Source of the DNA: the human T2T-CHM13v2.0 reference genome, Homo sapiens | NCBI RefSeq assembly: GCF_009914755.1 | Contig: NC_060932.1 | Direction: 5' to 3' (one strand) | Length of the DNA: 64,000 nt | Shown here: one piece after another, positions 52,401-64,000 of the stretch | Position numbering within the stretch: position 1 is the first letter of the stretch | Layout of the letters: each line of letters starts with the position of its first letter | Notes under the pieces: model-generated | Told to the model about the DNA's origin: nothing | The model's input: the letters and a program-made list of their open reading frames with translations, nothing else | Databases searched by the model: none | Program-made: the position numbers and the translations under genes

Positions 52401-53413
52401 CAGAGGAGTGTCACCACCAGGCTGGACAGTGAGGTGTCTCTTGCCCTGGCATTTCCTCTAACATGGTGCTTAGAATGTCACCACCATCACCACCCCATGA
52501 GTCTGGGAGCTCTCTGACTGCAGGAGCCAAGTCACCCACCTCTGGATTTCCAGGGCCCAGCCCCCGGCTGCAGAACCAAACAGCAGTGACATTCAGCCTT
52601 GTGACTCATGTCTCTGCAGTGACAGTGCTCAGGGACCCAGGCTGCTCTGCAGACCACAGGCTCAGATGGGATTCCATTTCTGTCTGTTCTCTGACTACGA
52701 ATGTCTCAAGAGCAGCCCCAGGCTCTGGTGCTGTACATGGTATGGACAGTTCTTTTGATGGCCATCAGAGAGAGATAAATCATCGTAACTGTGCATTCTC
52801 AACGGGACAAAAAAAAAAGCTACTTAGGGAGCAAAAGCTATCTTAGCTATTGCCATGATTTTCGGCCCTTCAACAGGCCACAGTACATATGCAGCATATC
52901 TCTGGCATGAAAATTTCATGGGATTAGGAAGAAAAGATCTAAAAACACTCACCATGGCAATAATCATGAACAAAATATTGAGAAACACTGGTCCATACTA
53001 CTCATGTGCATGAGAGCCCATCTGGTAGGCACCTCCCAGCTATGCCTTCATTTCTCCAAAGAATAACCAGAGGTTCAGGGAGGTCATATGACTCACCCCA
53101 GGCCACAGTGGTGGCACTGAAATAGGACTCAGACCTGGTGCTAGAGGTTCTACCAGAAGACACCTTCCATGTGTGGGAATGAGATGTTTGTCTTGAGGCA
53201 CTCACGTTTGTTGTTGTTGTTTTTATTTTGATGTTTGTAAGCAAAAAATAATTTTCCTTTTCTAAAAATGAAATTAAGTTCTATAAATATTCATTGCTAA
53301 GACGGTATTTCTCTAAACACCATCTCTCAAAATCCCAAACTGGACTTCCTCTTTGGAATTCAAAAACTTATCTTCTCTTTGGAATTCCAAACTTAACAGA
53401 GCTTAATAATTCA

Positions 53414-53714
<301 letters not shown>

Positions 53715-53724
53715 AATTCATACA

Positions 53725-54060
53725 TTTACTCAAGAGGTGTATACATCCAGTAGGTACTAGGCATGGGGCACTGAAGCCACAGAGAGGAATTAGATACAAA
53801 ACCTGCCCTCAAGGGGTTTCCAGTCTAGAGGAAGGTGGTGCCCAGGGCTGGGTCCACGCTGAGAAAAGGTGAGCTCGGAAGGCTGCAGGGTACAGACAGG
53901 AAGGCTGGGTAAGTGCAGTAGGCTTTGTGAAGGGTGTCCCTCTGAACTGAAACTGAAAGGCAGGGCAGGTGTTCCCTGTTGGAGCAGACAGATAAACAAT
54001 CTAAACAGAAGGGCTAACATGTGCAAGGGGACACGTCTGAGGGAGCCTGAAGGGTGGAGG
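53725..54060 (-). mobile_element. L2 fragment
   Basis: cctgccctcaaggggtttccagtctag, agaagggctaacatgtgcaaggg. Confidence 0.6.
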
Positions 54061-54189
54061 AGCTAACAGTTCTCTAGGGAGAAACTTATGTCCAAGTAGC
54101 CACCACCATTATTGGGTCCTCCTTCTGCCCAAAGAAACTGAGCAGAACAAATCTAATCCTCGTTTAACCTGACAGGCTGTACGAGTCTG

Positions 54190-54599
54190 ATCCCATACAC
54201 TCATGCAAACATTGAAAGTGGGCAACATCCCGTATAGAGACTATTTACAAAGGTGAGGAAAGGTTTAGGGAAATCAACAAGGGAGGGTGAAGCCCCTGGG
54301 ATTGGCAATAACAGAGAACTGTTACCATCTCTCCAACTAAGGAGGCCAGGGGAGAGACCAGTTGTCAGAAACCAGGAAAACTGATGGCTCTTGGAGGAGC
54401 TGTGGCCCACAACAGCCCAACAGGGAGGGGACCAAGTCCTCTCCTCCTGACTCTGACCCACCCATCTCCTGCTGGTTCCTCCTATTGTCTGCATCCAATC
54501 AGAACTCAGAGGCAAGGAGGCCACTGGTGAAATTTACAAGTTGAGTCTCCCATGGGTGGAGAATAGATTTGGAGAGGCAAACAGAAAACACCCAGCACA
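54190..54599 (-). mobile_element. LTR33-like (ERVL) LTR
   Basis: gactatttacaaaggtg, ctcctattg...ccaatcagaactcagaggcaagg, ggagaggcaaacagaaaacacccagcaca. Confidence 0.7.
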
Positions 54600-54741
54600 T
54601 GGACAGCCATGGGAGACATCTACTTTTTTTTGGAAACCTAATCTGCATATAGTCTCTGTTCTGGTGACATACACACTCTATGTGCTGGGGACTTGACCAC
54701 TTAGCAGCAAGACGGTCATCTGACTCAGACCTGGGCAAACC

Positions 54742-54784
54742 CATCCATCCATCCATTCATTCATTCATTCATTCATTCATTCCA
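54742..54784. repeat. (TCCA)n/(TTCA)n microsatellite, antisense L2 tail
   Basis: Directly visible. Confidence 0.85.
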
Positions 54785-55568
54785 GGCATGGCACTGAATA
54801 AGAAGGATATGTCCGTGAACAAAACAGACTTCCTTCCTAATGGAGTCCAAGCAATGGGAGTGCTCCCGGAATATATGCCAAGCCAGTCATTCAGAACCTA
54901 GTTCTGGAACCTCTGTGGACAACAACAGGAAAAAAACGTTCTCTTTCTGTTGGCCTTGGAGTTGAGAGGATGCAGGTCTGGAGACCCATGAGCCAGCCAG
55001 AGGGCAGCAGAGTGAGGATGGCTTCAATCCACCCAAGGTCCGTGGTGCAAAAGCACTCCTGGCTCTAGTTGAGGGGAATATTTCTCCACCGAGCCACACC
55101 CCCCTCATCTTCCAGAGGAGATTTCCTGAGATCACCGGGATTGGATCAGGGACACGACACTTAGCATGCTGGCACTGTGATTGGGAATAAGAAGGCAGTG
55201 CTGGTTTTTTTCTGAGTAAGAACATATTACCCACACTGAGTGACCCACACGAAAACAAGGAGGAAACAATTACTTTGAAGCCTGAGGACAAGATAAATAT
55301 AAACTCAGACCATAGGCTTTCTGAAGAGGAGCGGCATTAACTGGCAGCCAGCAAGAAGGGATCTGTGACAGAGCTGAGGAAACATCCGTGGCTCTGTGTG
55401 GGTTTAATGAGGCGTGCTCACGGAAGGCTGGCAGGAGAGCAGAAAAAAGCAGGCGAGGGAGGGAGGAGCTCTGGGTCTCAACCCGACTCTGCCTCTAATG
55501 GTCTCTGTGACTAGGGGTAAGTCATTTATTCCCCACTCGGGTTTCACCCTCCTCAATTGCTAAATTTA

Positions 55569-55895
<327 letters not shown>

Positions 55896-55969
55896 TAAAA
55901 AGTAGATAGTTGTAAGTGGTGTTGGGGTGTGGGCACAGAGAAAGGTGAGGAAAAGCAGCAGGCAGCATT

Positions 55970-56140
55970 GTGGTCAGACTTCTGTGCAAGTCCTAATTCA
56001 ATCTTTAAAAGCCATGTGACGTAAAGCAAGTCAATTTCTAAGCCTCAGTTTTCTCATCTGTAAAATGGGCATTACAGCACCTACCATAAGATACACAAAG
56101 ATGTAAGTGATCTCCAGCACATGGGAGAAGCATGAGAAAA
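55970..56140 (+). mobile_element. MIR SINE
   Basis: gcctcagttttctcatctgtaaaatggg. Confidence 0.85.
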
Positions 56141-56719
56141 GCGAGGCAACATCACTGAGAAGAGATCCATCTAAAAAGGTCAATACAATGCCTTCCAGTC
56201 CAAAAGCCTAATACTTCGGGAACTAAGGCATGGCAGCACTCTTTGAAGAAGGCAGAAATTCCTTCCACTGCCAGGCTCCCTGCTGAACAACAGTGTTCTC
56301 TCACCTTGGCTTAACCACAGCACCTTTCATCCTCTCAATTTTCAGCTGTAAAAACTTTGAAAACTATTAGACCATTTGTCTGGATTTCTGGATTTGCAGG
56401 TCACGGGCATCATTGAAGATAGAGCCACCCTAGTAAAATGCAATAATAAATGCAACATTTTTCATTTAATACTGCTTTTAAGAGCATTATCTCCCTCTGT
56501 CTTACCATTGTTAATACACTGATGGAAAATTCACACAAAAAACATCCAGTGCCTGAGTCCTGATTCCTGAGACCAGACAGAGCCTTTCTTAGCCTTAAAA
56601 TGCTTTCCAAGAAAACCATCATGGGGGCCAGAGAAAAGACAATGGACAGCCACACCCATCTCCACCACTGAAGCTGCCTGTGCCCTCAGAGAGTGCTCTC
56701 TGTAGATCAGAAAAATGAG

Positions 56720-56950
56720 AACTGTTTTCTATGTAGCCAGTAGATACAGGTGCTATTCTAGGTGTTGTACCTCAAAACAAATCTTTGATGGTCAATATTA
56801 TTAGCCCATTTTAGAGATGAGAAAACTGAGGCTCAAAAATCCCGAAGTGACTTTCCAAGGCAACACAGATATTCAGCATCAGTAACAACAACTGATAAGT
56901 CCTGTAATTGAGCCCAGTACTGTCTTACCGGAAAACCTGCATTCTTCCAA
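56720..56950 (-). mobile_element. MIR SINE
   Basis: cccattttagagatgagaaaactgaggctc. Confidence 0.8.
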
Positions 56951-57017
56951 ACATGTCAACATGTCATCTCTTAAAGGATAAAACGAACAGCACTCCCACG
57001 TTGGAATACATGGGTAC

Positions 57018-57388
57018 TGTCTCAGTCAGTTTGGGCTGTTATAACAAAGTACCAGAGAGTGAGTAGCTTATAAACAACAGAAATTTATTTCTCACAGTTC
57101 TGGATACTGGAAGTCCAAGATCAGGGTGCCAGCATTGCTGGGTTCTGGTCAGGGCCCTCTTCTGGGGTGCAGACTGACACCTTCTCCTTGTGGTCTCATA
57201 TGGTGGGCAGAACATGGGAGATGGGAGAGGGCTCTGGGGTCTCTTGTACAAGAGAGCACTAATCCCATTCTTGAAGATTCTCCCCCATGACCTAATCACC
57301 TCCCCAAAGCCCCACCTCCTAATACTATCACACTTGGAGTTAGGACTTCAACATATGAATTTTGGAGGGATGCATTCAGTCCATAACA
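57018..57388 (-). mobile_element. MLT1A-like MaLR solo LTR
   Basis: TG...CA ends; cttataaacaacagaaatttatttctcacagttctgga...gtccaagatcagggtgccagca; catgacctaatcacctccc. Confidence 0.92.
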
Positions 57389-59149
57389 GGTTGCCCACCC
57401 AAGGGAAGGAATATTTGGGTGGGTAAGTCCCGATGTGCCTTAGAAAACATCACTGCAGTGTCATGGACACAGATGATGAGGGTCCATCCACCTTCTGGGC
57501 TGCCACAGCCAGAAGACCAGCCTGGCGACATCTGCAGCTTGCCCTTTTCCCTTGAGCCAGAAACATCCAGCACCAGGACTTGATGTCTCCTCGGCTGACA
57601 CCCGGAAGTGTGTGGGCTGTGTTCTTTTTTCAAAAGATAGAGATGAACCAGATCCCAGGCAGCACATAAGGGAGGTCACTGTGGTCAGAACAGACTCACG
57701 GAGGGAAGAATCCTCTGGGAAAGCATAAGTGTTTATTTAACTGCTTTATGCTTCAGTGAATAACTAATTTGTACCAAACCCCAGTGTTCTTGAGGTGTGT
57801 TGATAAATGATGTTGCAAAAGCAACATGTTTCTGTGCTTTCCATGTGTTTTGCATTTCTGGAGTCTGTGAGGAGAGTCTCTAACTGGGGCTCTAGATGCT
57901 GGGAAGCACTGCACAGAGGGCCCCTGGGTTTCTCTCCTCGACCTCGGTCACTCCAGCTCCCAGACCAGCACATAGTAGAGATGTAGAGATGCAAAAAAAA
58001 CAAAAAACAAAAAAGTTGCTTGGGTTGACATGAAATACATTTAAATTTTAATCCCCAAAGTAAACATGATTTGAAAGGTAAACAGGAAGGCATGACTGGC
58101 ATATACCAGGAGGAGTTTGAGCAGGGGATGTGGGGCAGAGGTGAATGTTTAAACGGCTCATACAGTCAACCTGCAAACATTAGGAGGGCTTTGCTGTGTT
58201 TTCTAAATTTTCTGGTTAGATAAGTGTATGTGCAGATGTAATACACAGTCTTGTGTTCCAATTATCTCTACATATGAATAATATATTTTAAGATATTTGA
58301 TGACTAAATATATTCATGCATGTGAGGGGCACATAGAAGCTCTCAGGAAAATGGTAGCAGTCTGGGCCCAAGAAAACGTCTAGGAAAATGAAATTCCAAC
58401 AGTTCATCACAAATTGTTCGATAAGAAGTCTCAAGAAGCCAACGCTGGGAAATGGGAAAGGCTCCCTCATAACTACCAGCTGACAAAAGGAACAGGTGAC
58501 ACGAGGTGCTGGCAGGAAACATTTTTAAAAGTTCTTCAAATCTACAGGAAGAGCGCAGAGGAGCAGAGGAAAGACAGGTTATGACCAAAATGATGCTGCC
58601 TGACCTAGGGTGTGTGGGTCGGGGGAACAAAATGGGGGATTCACTTGGGGCAGATGGTGGGTGGTAACAGATGACAGGTGAAAGTGGTCTTTTTTTTCTT
58701 TTTTAACCTCAACTGGTGGTTCTGTCTTCAGCAAAAACAATGTGTTCCAAAGGAAAATGAGGAACAAACCTCCGTAAGCAGGAACAAGTTGGAACATATG
58801 AAAGATCCTACCAGGATGCGAGACACTGGCCTAGATGAACCCTCCACCTGGATCTGGCTGCAGAATCACACAGGAAATTTATCTTTTAAAACAGATAATG
58901 GGAGAGACATCTGGATCCTGAAGATGGGCAAATACAGACTTCATTTTCCAAAGGGAGCCAGGATGGGCCAGGTTCAAATCCTCATACTAGTTCCAATGTT
59001 ACAGGCTTTCCGTCTCCCTTCCTCTTCTGGTGGGATCATGAGGCCTCTAGTGCTGGGGCTGCACCATCAGTGTTAGAAAGAGAGAAAGGTTATACCCTCC
59101 ACTCAGAGCTACAGCCTTTCTACCCAGATGCCTGGTCAGTGCCTCCACC

Positions 59150-59880
59150 AGCTCACACCAACAATGACTGCCTGCCAACACCAGATTTCACCTCCAAACT
59201 GGCTTGGATTTCACCTCCAAACTGGCTCATTCCAGGATCGCCCTTCTCAGGAAATGACACCACCATCTAATGCAGTTGCTCCAATCAGAGACCCACGAGC
59301 CATCCCTGACTCTTCCCTTCTCTTTATCTGCACATTGACTTCCAGAATAAATCCAGAAACCTCTGTCTTCCCTTCACTTCCATGCCTAGAACTCAAGTCC
59401 AGCCACCACCACCACTCACTGCATCACTCCAGTGATCGCTGACCTGGTTCCCCACTAAGACTCAGCAGAGCCGCCAGAGGGACAGCCTCAAAGCATATGT
59501 TTTGCATTATATTTAAATCTAAACTCTCTATCCTGCAGGTGTGCCTCTGCAAACCCACCTGCTACTGTTCTCCCAACTGTGCATCACATTCTAGCTCCTC
59601 TGGCCTTCCTTTAGTTCCTGGAACACGCAAGCTTTCCTACCTCAGGATCTCAGGACACGTGATCCTCCAAGAAATAAGTTCTCTTCCACCAGCTGCACCC
59701 GCCCCCAGCACTGGGCCTGACTGGCTCCCCTTCCGGCAGCTGTATCTCAGGGACGCCTCCTCCCACGACTCTCCATATAACTAAGCACTTCATTTCCAAA
59801 TCCTAATGCATAATTATTTGTCCATTTACTTGTCTGTCTGCCTCCGCAACTAGAGAGTCAGCTGCCTGAGAGAGGAAATG
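59150..59880 (+). mobile_element. L2 fragment
   Basis: gccatccctgactcttccct, ctggccttccttt, ttgtctgtctgcctcc...actagag. Confidence 0.65.
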
Positions 59881-60524
59881 ATGGATCCGTAAGCTTAGGC
59901 CTGAAGAAATCCTCAGGATAGACAGTGGAGGGAGAGAGGGGTGAGAATTTCAGGTACAAGAAATTGCATGAGTGAAAACACAGCCATGGAACAGCACACA
60001 TAGAGAGGAGCAGGTCCTGAAGGAGGGCAGGAAGGAGATGGGGTTGGAGATGTAGGCAGAGGAACCAGGAGACCTCAGATGGCTAGACTGGGAGCCCCTT
60101 CCCAAGACGCACACATTGCTAAAATGCCAATCCCCTCTCCAGGGAGAAGCCAGAATTAATTGTTTGATGTGGTCTGACAAAATGGGTATTACCATGTAAT
60201 TACCACCCCCCACCACCACCCCTCTGCCACCTGTTGAGAGGAGGGTAACACAGTGTGTATGTCATCTGGAGGACACAGCAGCTTCCAAGACAGGTCACTA
60301 TTGCCAGTAAGGACCAAAGGGAACCATTTCTGAGAAACGACAATAAAGTTGCCCACCAAACAGGCATTGGTGTTCCAGGACTTTAACCCAATCCCATTGA
60401 GTTGGGTCCACATTCTAGCAACCTCTCTTCCTTCTGGACCTCCAGAGTGGGCAGAATTGAGCTTCCTCCACAAAATGGCAATACTTACTCCTGAACATCC
60501 ATCATCTGAAAAGGCAGGAAGGGG

Positions 60525-60715
60525 CAATGGTTAAGAGCATAGACTCAAGCCAGACTCCTGGTTTGGCCACTCTATGGCCATAAGAGATGGCCACAAAACA
60601 GTTACTTAACCTCCCCATGGGGCCAAGTCTTCGTCTGTAGCATGAGGTCACTAACAGCTTCTATCTCACAGGGCTGTTGTGAAGATCCGATGAGCAAATC
60701 ACTAACAAAGGAAGG
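60525..60715 (+). mobile_element. MIR SINE
   Basis: aatggttaagagcatagactc...gttacttaacctc...tctcacagggctgttgtga. Confidence 0.75.
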
Positions 60716-60719
60716 CACA

Positions 60720-60850
60720 TTTATCCCCACTGTGCAGTTGGGTAAACTGGAGTTCAGAGAGGTGAGTAATTCAGCCGAGGTCACACAGCTGTAAGTGGCA
60801 GAACCAGTGCAGTCCCATCCCAGAGCCCCACGCTCCTGACCTTTGAGCCA
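60720..60850 (-). mobile_element. MIR SINE
   Basis: gaggtcacacagctgtaagtggcagaacc. Confidence 0.75.
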
Positions 60851-61656
60851 CAGCGACCTGCTCAGCTTTCAGGTGGAGCCTCACCCGGATGGCCCCACCA
60901 TACAGTATGGAGACCCCAGCACACAAGCAGCTCTGAAGGTGGTTCCAGGACACTGAGTAAAGCGTATTGTACTTCAGCTTAGTTAAGTATAACCACATCC
61001 TGAGCACAACCAAAACTAGGTCAAAAAAATTATTTCTGGGATTTAAAAAAAAACAAAAGCTGCAGGACTATCTTAAATGTTTCTCCCATAACTTGCAGCT
61101 GAATGATCTCAAATGAAAAGCTTGATACTCTTCTTCCCCACCATGTCACATCGCTGTGGCTGACTGGAATGAACTGGTTCCGAATGGCAGCCCACACCCC
61201 TCCCCCCGCCACATAGCTGGCTTTCTCCAAGCACAGCAAAGTGAACTAGGGACAGAATCAGCTGCTGCCTCTGAGGGGCGCAGACACACAGCTGTTCTGC
61301 CTCTGTCGCCCATTCCACAGAATAGACGTGCCCCCCACCCCAGCCCTTCCTCCCTCTGTCTCACTGCCCTCCAGCCCCTACCCCTCTCCAAATGTCACAA
61401 GTACTTGACAATTCCAGTCTCAACAGCTCCAAAAACTCTAACCTCTACCTTTGGTCACTCTGTGTTCCCATTTTGTACTCCCATCCCCCCAACCCTCTCA
61501 TTCGACAGATGAGGAAACTGAGGCCCAGAGAGCAAAATAGATTGTTTCAAGTCCCACAGTCCATTGGTGGCAGACCAGGGCAAGAGCCCAGGGCTCTGGG
61601 GACTCAGGCTGGTCATCTTCCTGCCTCATCAGGAGAAGGTCCTAGGGACACTTGGG

Positions 61657-62102
61657 TGGTATTCATTTCCTGGGGTTCTCTTAACAAATTAACACAGACT
61701 TGGTGGCTTCAAACCACAGGAACTTATGTGTCACAGTTCTGGAGGCAGAGGTCTGCCATCAAGAACTCATCAGGGTATCACTCCCTCCGAAGGCTCTAGA
61801 GGAGAGCCCTTTCTTGCTTCTTCCAATTTCTGGTGACATCAGGTGTTCCTGGGCTTCTGACTACATAACTCTAATTTCTGGCCCAGTCTTCACATCATCT
61901 TATCCCCCTCTCTCCATGTGTCTCACCAAGGACAAGGACACTGTCACTGTATTTAGAGCCCACCAGGTACATCCAAGATGATCTTATCTTCCGATCCTTA
62001 ATTATATCCACAAGGAGTCTTTTACCAAATAAGTTCATATCCACGGGTTCCAGTGTTTAGGACACCAATATGTTTTGGTTGGTCATCAGTCAACCCACTA
62101 TA
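61657..62102 (-). mobile_element. MLT1B/C MaLR LTR
   Basis: tcacagttctggaggc, ctccctccgaaggctctagaggagag, tttagagcccacc, atccaagatgatctt. Confidence 0.85.
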
Positions 62103-62419
62103 ATGAGTTTCTTCCTGGGGATTCCCAGTGCCTTTGGAAATCAGGAATTTGTGAGGACCATGGTGGGTAAAGACCCTCAGATCAAAGTTACATCAGCCCA
62201 CACAGTGGAGCTCGTGGATCTGCAGCAATGACCTGCCCCCAACTGGACGCCAATACATATAGTCTCAGGAGAGTCACTGGGATACAGAATGCCAGAATAA
62301 AGAGAAGAGCTGCTATTTATAGAAGGCGTAGTGGGTAACAGGCAAGCTGCTAAATCATTATACACATTGCCTTTCATCCTTACAGACACTCTGTAATGTA
62401 AGTAGCAAGTAAACTCCAT

Positions 62420-62565
62420 CAATTACTAGCTGGGTGCCTTGAGACAAGTAAATTCTCTAAGCCTCAATTTCCTCACCTTAAATGAGTAATAATACGATCT
62501 GCATTGAGAGGATCTTGTGAGATAAAGAAGAAAATGTATGGGAAATGCCTAGCACAGTGGCACAC
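62420..62565 (+). mobile_element. MIR SINE
   Basis: actagctgggtgccttgagacaag...gcctcaatttcctcacc. Confidence 0.7.
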
Positions 62566-63242
62566 ACAGACACACACAGTACGAACTGATATCATCATTA
62601 CTCCTCTCTTTATTCAGTGTCACCATCTGGTTTTTTTAAATCAATGTTATATCTCCTTTCATAACAGCCACGACCCCAAAACCTTCTTAGGGTGTAAACA
62701 GTAGTTATATACTTGGAGTGTTATTTTACATGCACGCAGGAAGTTTGTTGTTTCAAGGAACTCCTGGGGGACTCCTGCTGTAAGGCTTAAGATCCTCCGG
62801 CAGCATGAATATGAATCTGCCAAGGTATCTACTCTACTCATTTGTATTCATGGTCATGTTCTAATTATTTAAGTGGGGCACAACTCCTGTCAGCTCAATG
62901 AATCTGTGTTTTCCAGTCTTGGCTGTATTCAGTCCCACTGACTGGTTACCTCATTCTCTGATTCTAAGACAAAGCCTGAATTAATTTAGAATATTTTGGT
63001 TCTCCCAACCACTACAACATGACAGTACAAAGGGAAATTTTGAAGAAAATGAATTCTATTGTTAAAACAATGCCCAGGTGCAAAGAAATACAAATGCAGA
63101 CACACACAGAGAAGAACCACTTGCTCACATTTGATTCCACAAGCTTTTGGCAGGAGCCTGCATGGCGGGTGGGAAAGATCACAGGCTTTGGAGTCCAACA
63201 GCCCTGGGTTCAAATTTCAGCTCTCCCTATCCCAGTTGTGGT

Positions 63243-63728
63243 GTAAGGCCTAAAGTTAAGGATCAATATGGCGGGCTGCCTTGACATCTGGTGAAACTGG
63301 CAGGGCCTCAGATGGCCTAACTGAAAGTTCCCCTCCCTCCTCCGCTCCCATGGATAAGGCCCTCAGGCAAACAACCCTACCCATCATGACACCGGCCATG
63401 GTTCCTGCTTATCCCTAAATAGCGTGTTTCAGTTCCTCCTCCAACAGAGTTGTTAAAATAAGCCAATCAGATCCTCTTGTGGGAACCAGGGGGCACCCCC
63501 GCCAGTAAGCCTGCCTCTCACAGCCTGGTTTGCTCTCTGTGATCCCACATGCAATCCTCATGGGGACCAGCATGGCACGCAGTGTCCTCCCCCTGGGGCT
63601 GTGAGTATATGTGAAGAATAAACTATCGATCTCCCCCGTCCAGTGTCAGGTGTCATAGGTGCAGCCAATCCCATATCCCATAACTGTAGGGTGAAATCCT
63701 TCCCTCACCAATGGAATGATTAAAGCAC
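63243..63728 (+). mobile_element. MER74/MER73-like ERVL LTR inserted in a MIR
   Basis: ctgccttgacatctggtgaaactggcagggcctcagatggcctaac, ccaatc box, gctgtgagtatatgtgaagaataaac. Confidence 0.7.
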
Positions 63729-64000
63729 CAGCTGGTGTGCTGTATGAACTTTGCCATTCTCTGACCAATGGTTTTATCAATTTCTCCAAGGAAGAATAAA
63801 AACTTCCTTGCCAAGAACCAAAACACAAATTCCTATGGTCTCACTACAGGTACTCCCTGGTCCCCCAAAATAAACATTAAAGCAAGGAGATAAATAACCC
63901 TTGAGAGTGGATGGTTGATACATTCCCTCCCACTTCCTCACTTTCATGCATAAACAACACTTACATTCCTAAGAAGGGATAGGCTAGATCCCTTCTAACT

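Noticed and set aside
58384-58584. Protein-like open frame (ENEIPTVHHKLFDKK...RKDRL) as a possible exon or pseudogene
   Set aside because: The preceding AG has no polypyrimidine tract and I recognise no homolog; BLASTX or PhyloCSF would be needed to revive it.
60525-60850. Adjacent inverted MIRs (also 10290-10680) as a miRNA-like hairpin
   Set aside because: The arms are too diverged to show a stable stem by eye, and this arrangement is common in MIR-rich DNA.

Overview
Primate, most likely human, non-coding genomic DNA (intronic or intergenic), rich in MIR and L2 relics. It holds 12 Alu-family elements, several L1 fragments, about 12 solo ERVL/MaLR LTRs, hAT-Charlie DNA transposon relics and microsatellites. 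I recognise no protein-coding exon, RNA gene, CpG island or prokaryote-type system; the listed ORFs are repeat-derived or chance. I found no convincing novel biological system. The best signals are structural: (1) a ~237-bp inverted duplication inside an old L1 (23616-23852 vs 24264-24500); (2) an exact 43-bp copy apparently inserted from 1.1 kb away (41960-42002 = 43094-43136); (3) a 5'-inverted, twin-priming-type L1MD/MC nested with an Alu inside a MIR; (4) a tailless AluJ with intact target-site duplications (TSDs); (5) an Alu-tail-derived 132-nt GAA/GAG purine tract; (6) a CTCF-like motif arising in a MIR core; (7) strong + strand bias of Alus and LTRs; (8) a few repeat-free candidate enhancers. 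Repeat subfamily names come from recalled consensus sequences, and boundaries of old repeats are approximate. The MIR/L2 list is representative, not exhaustive.
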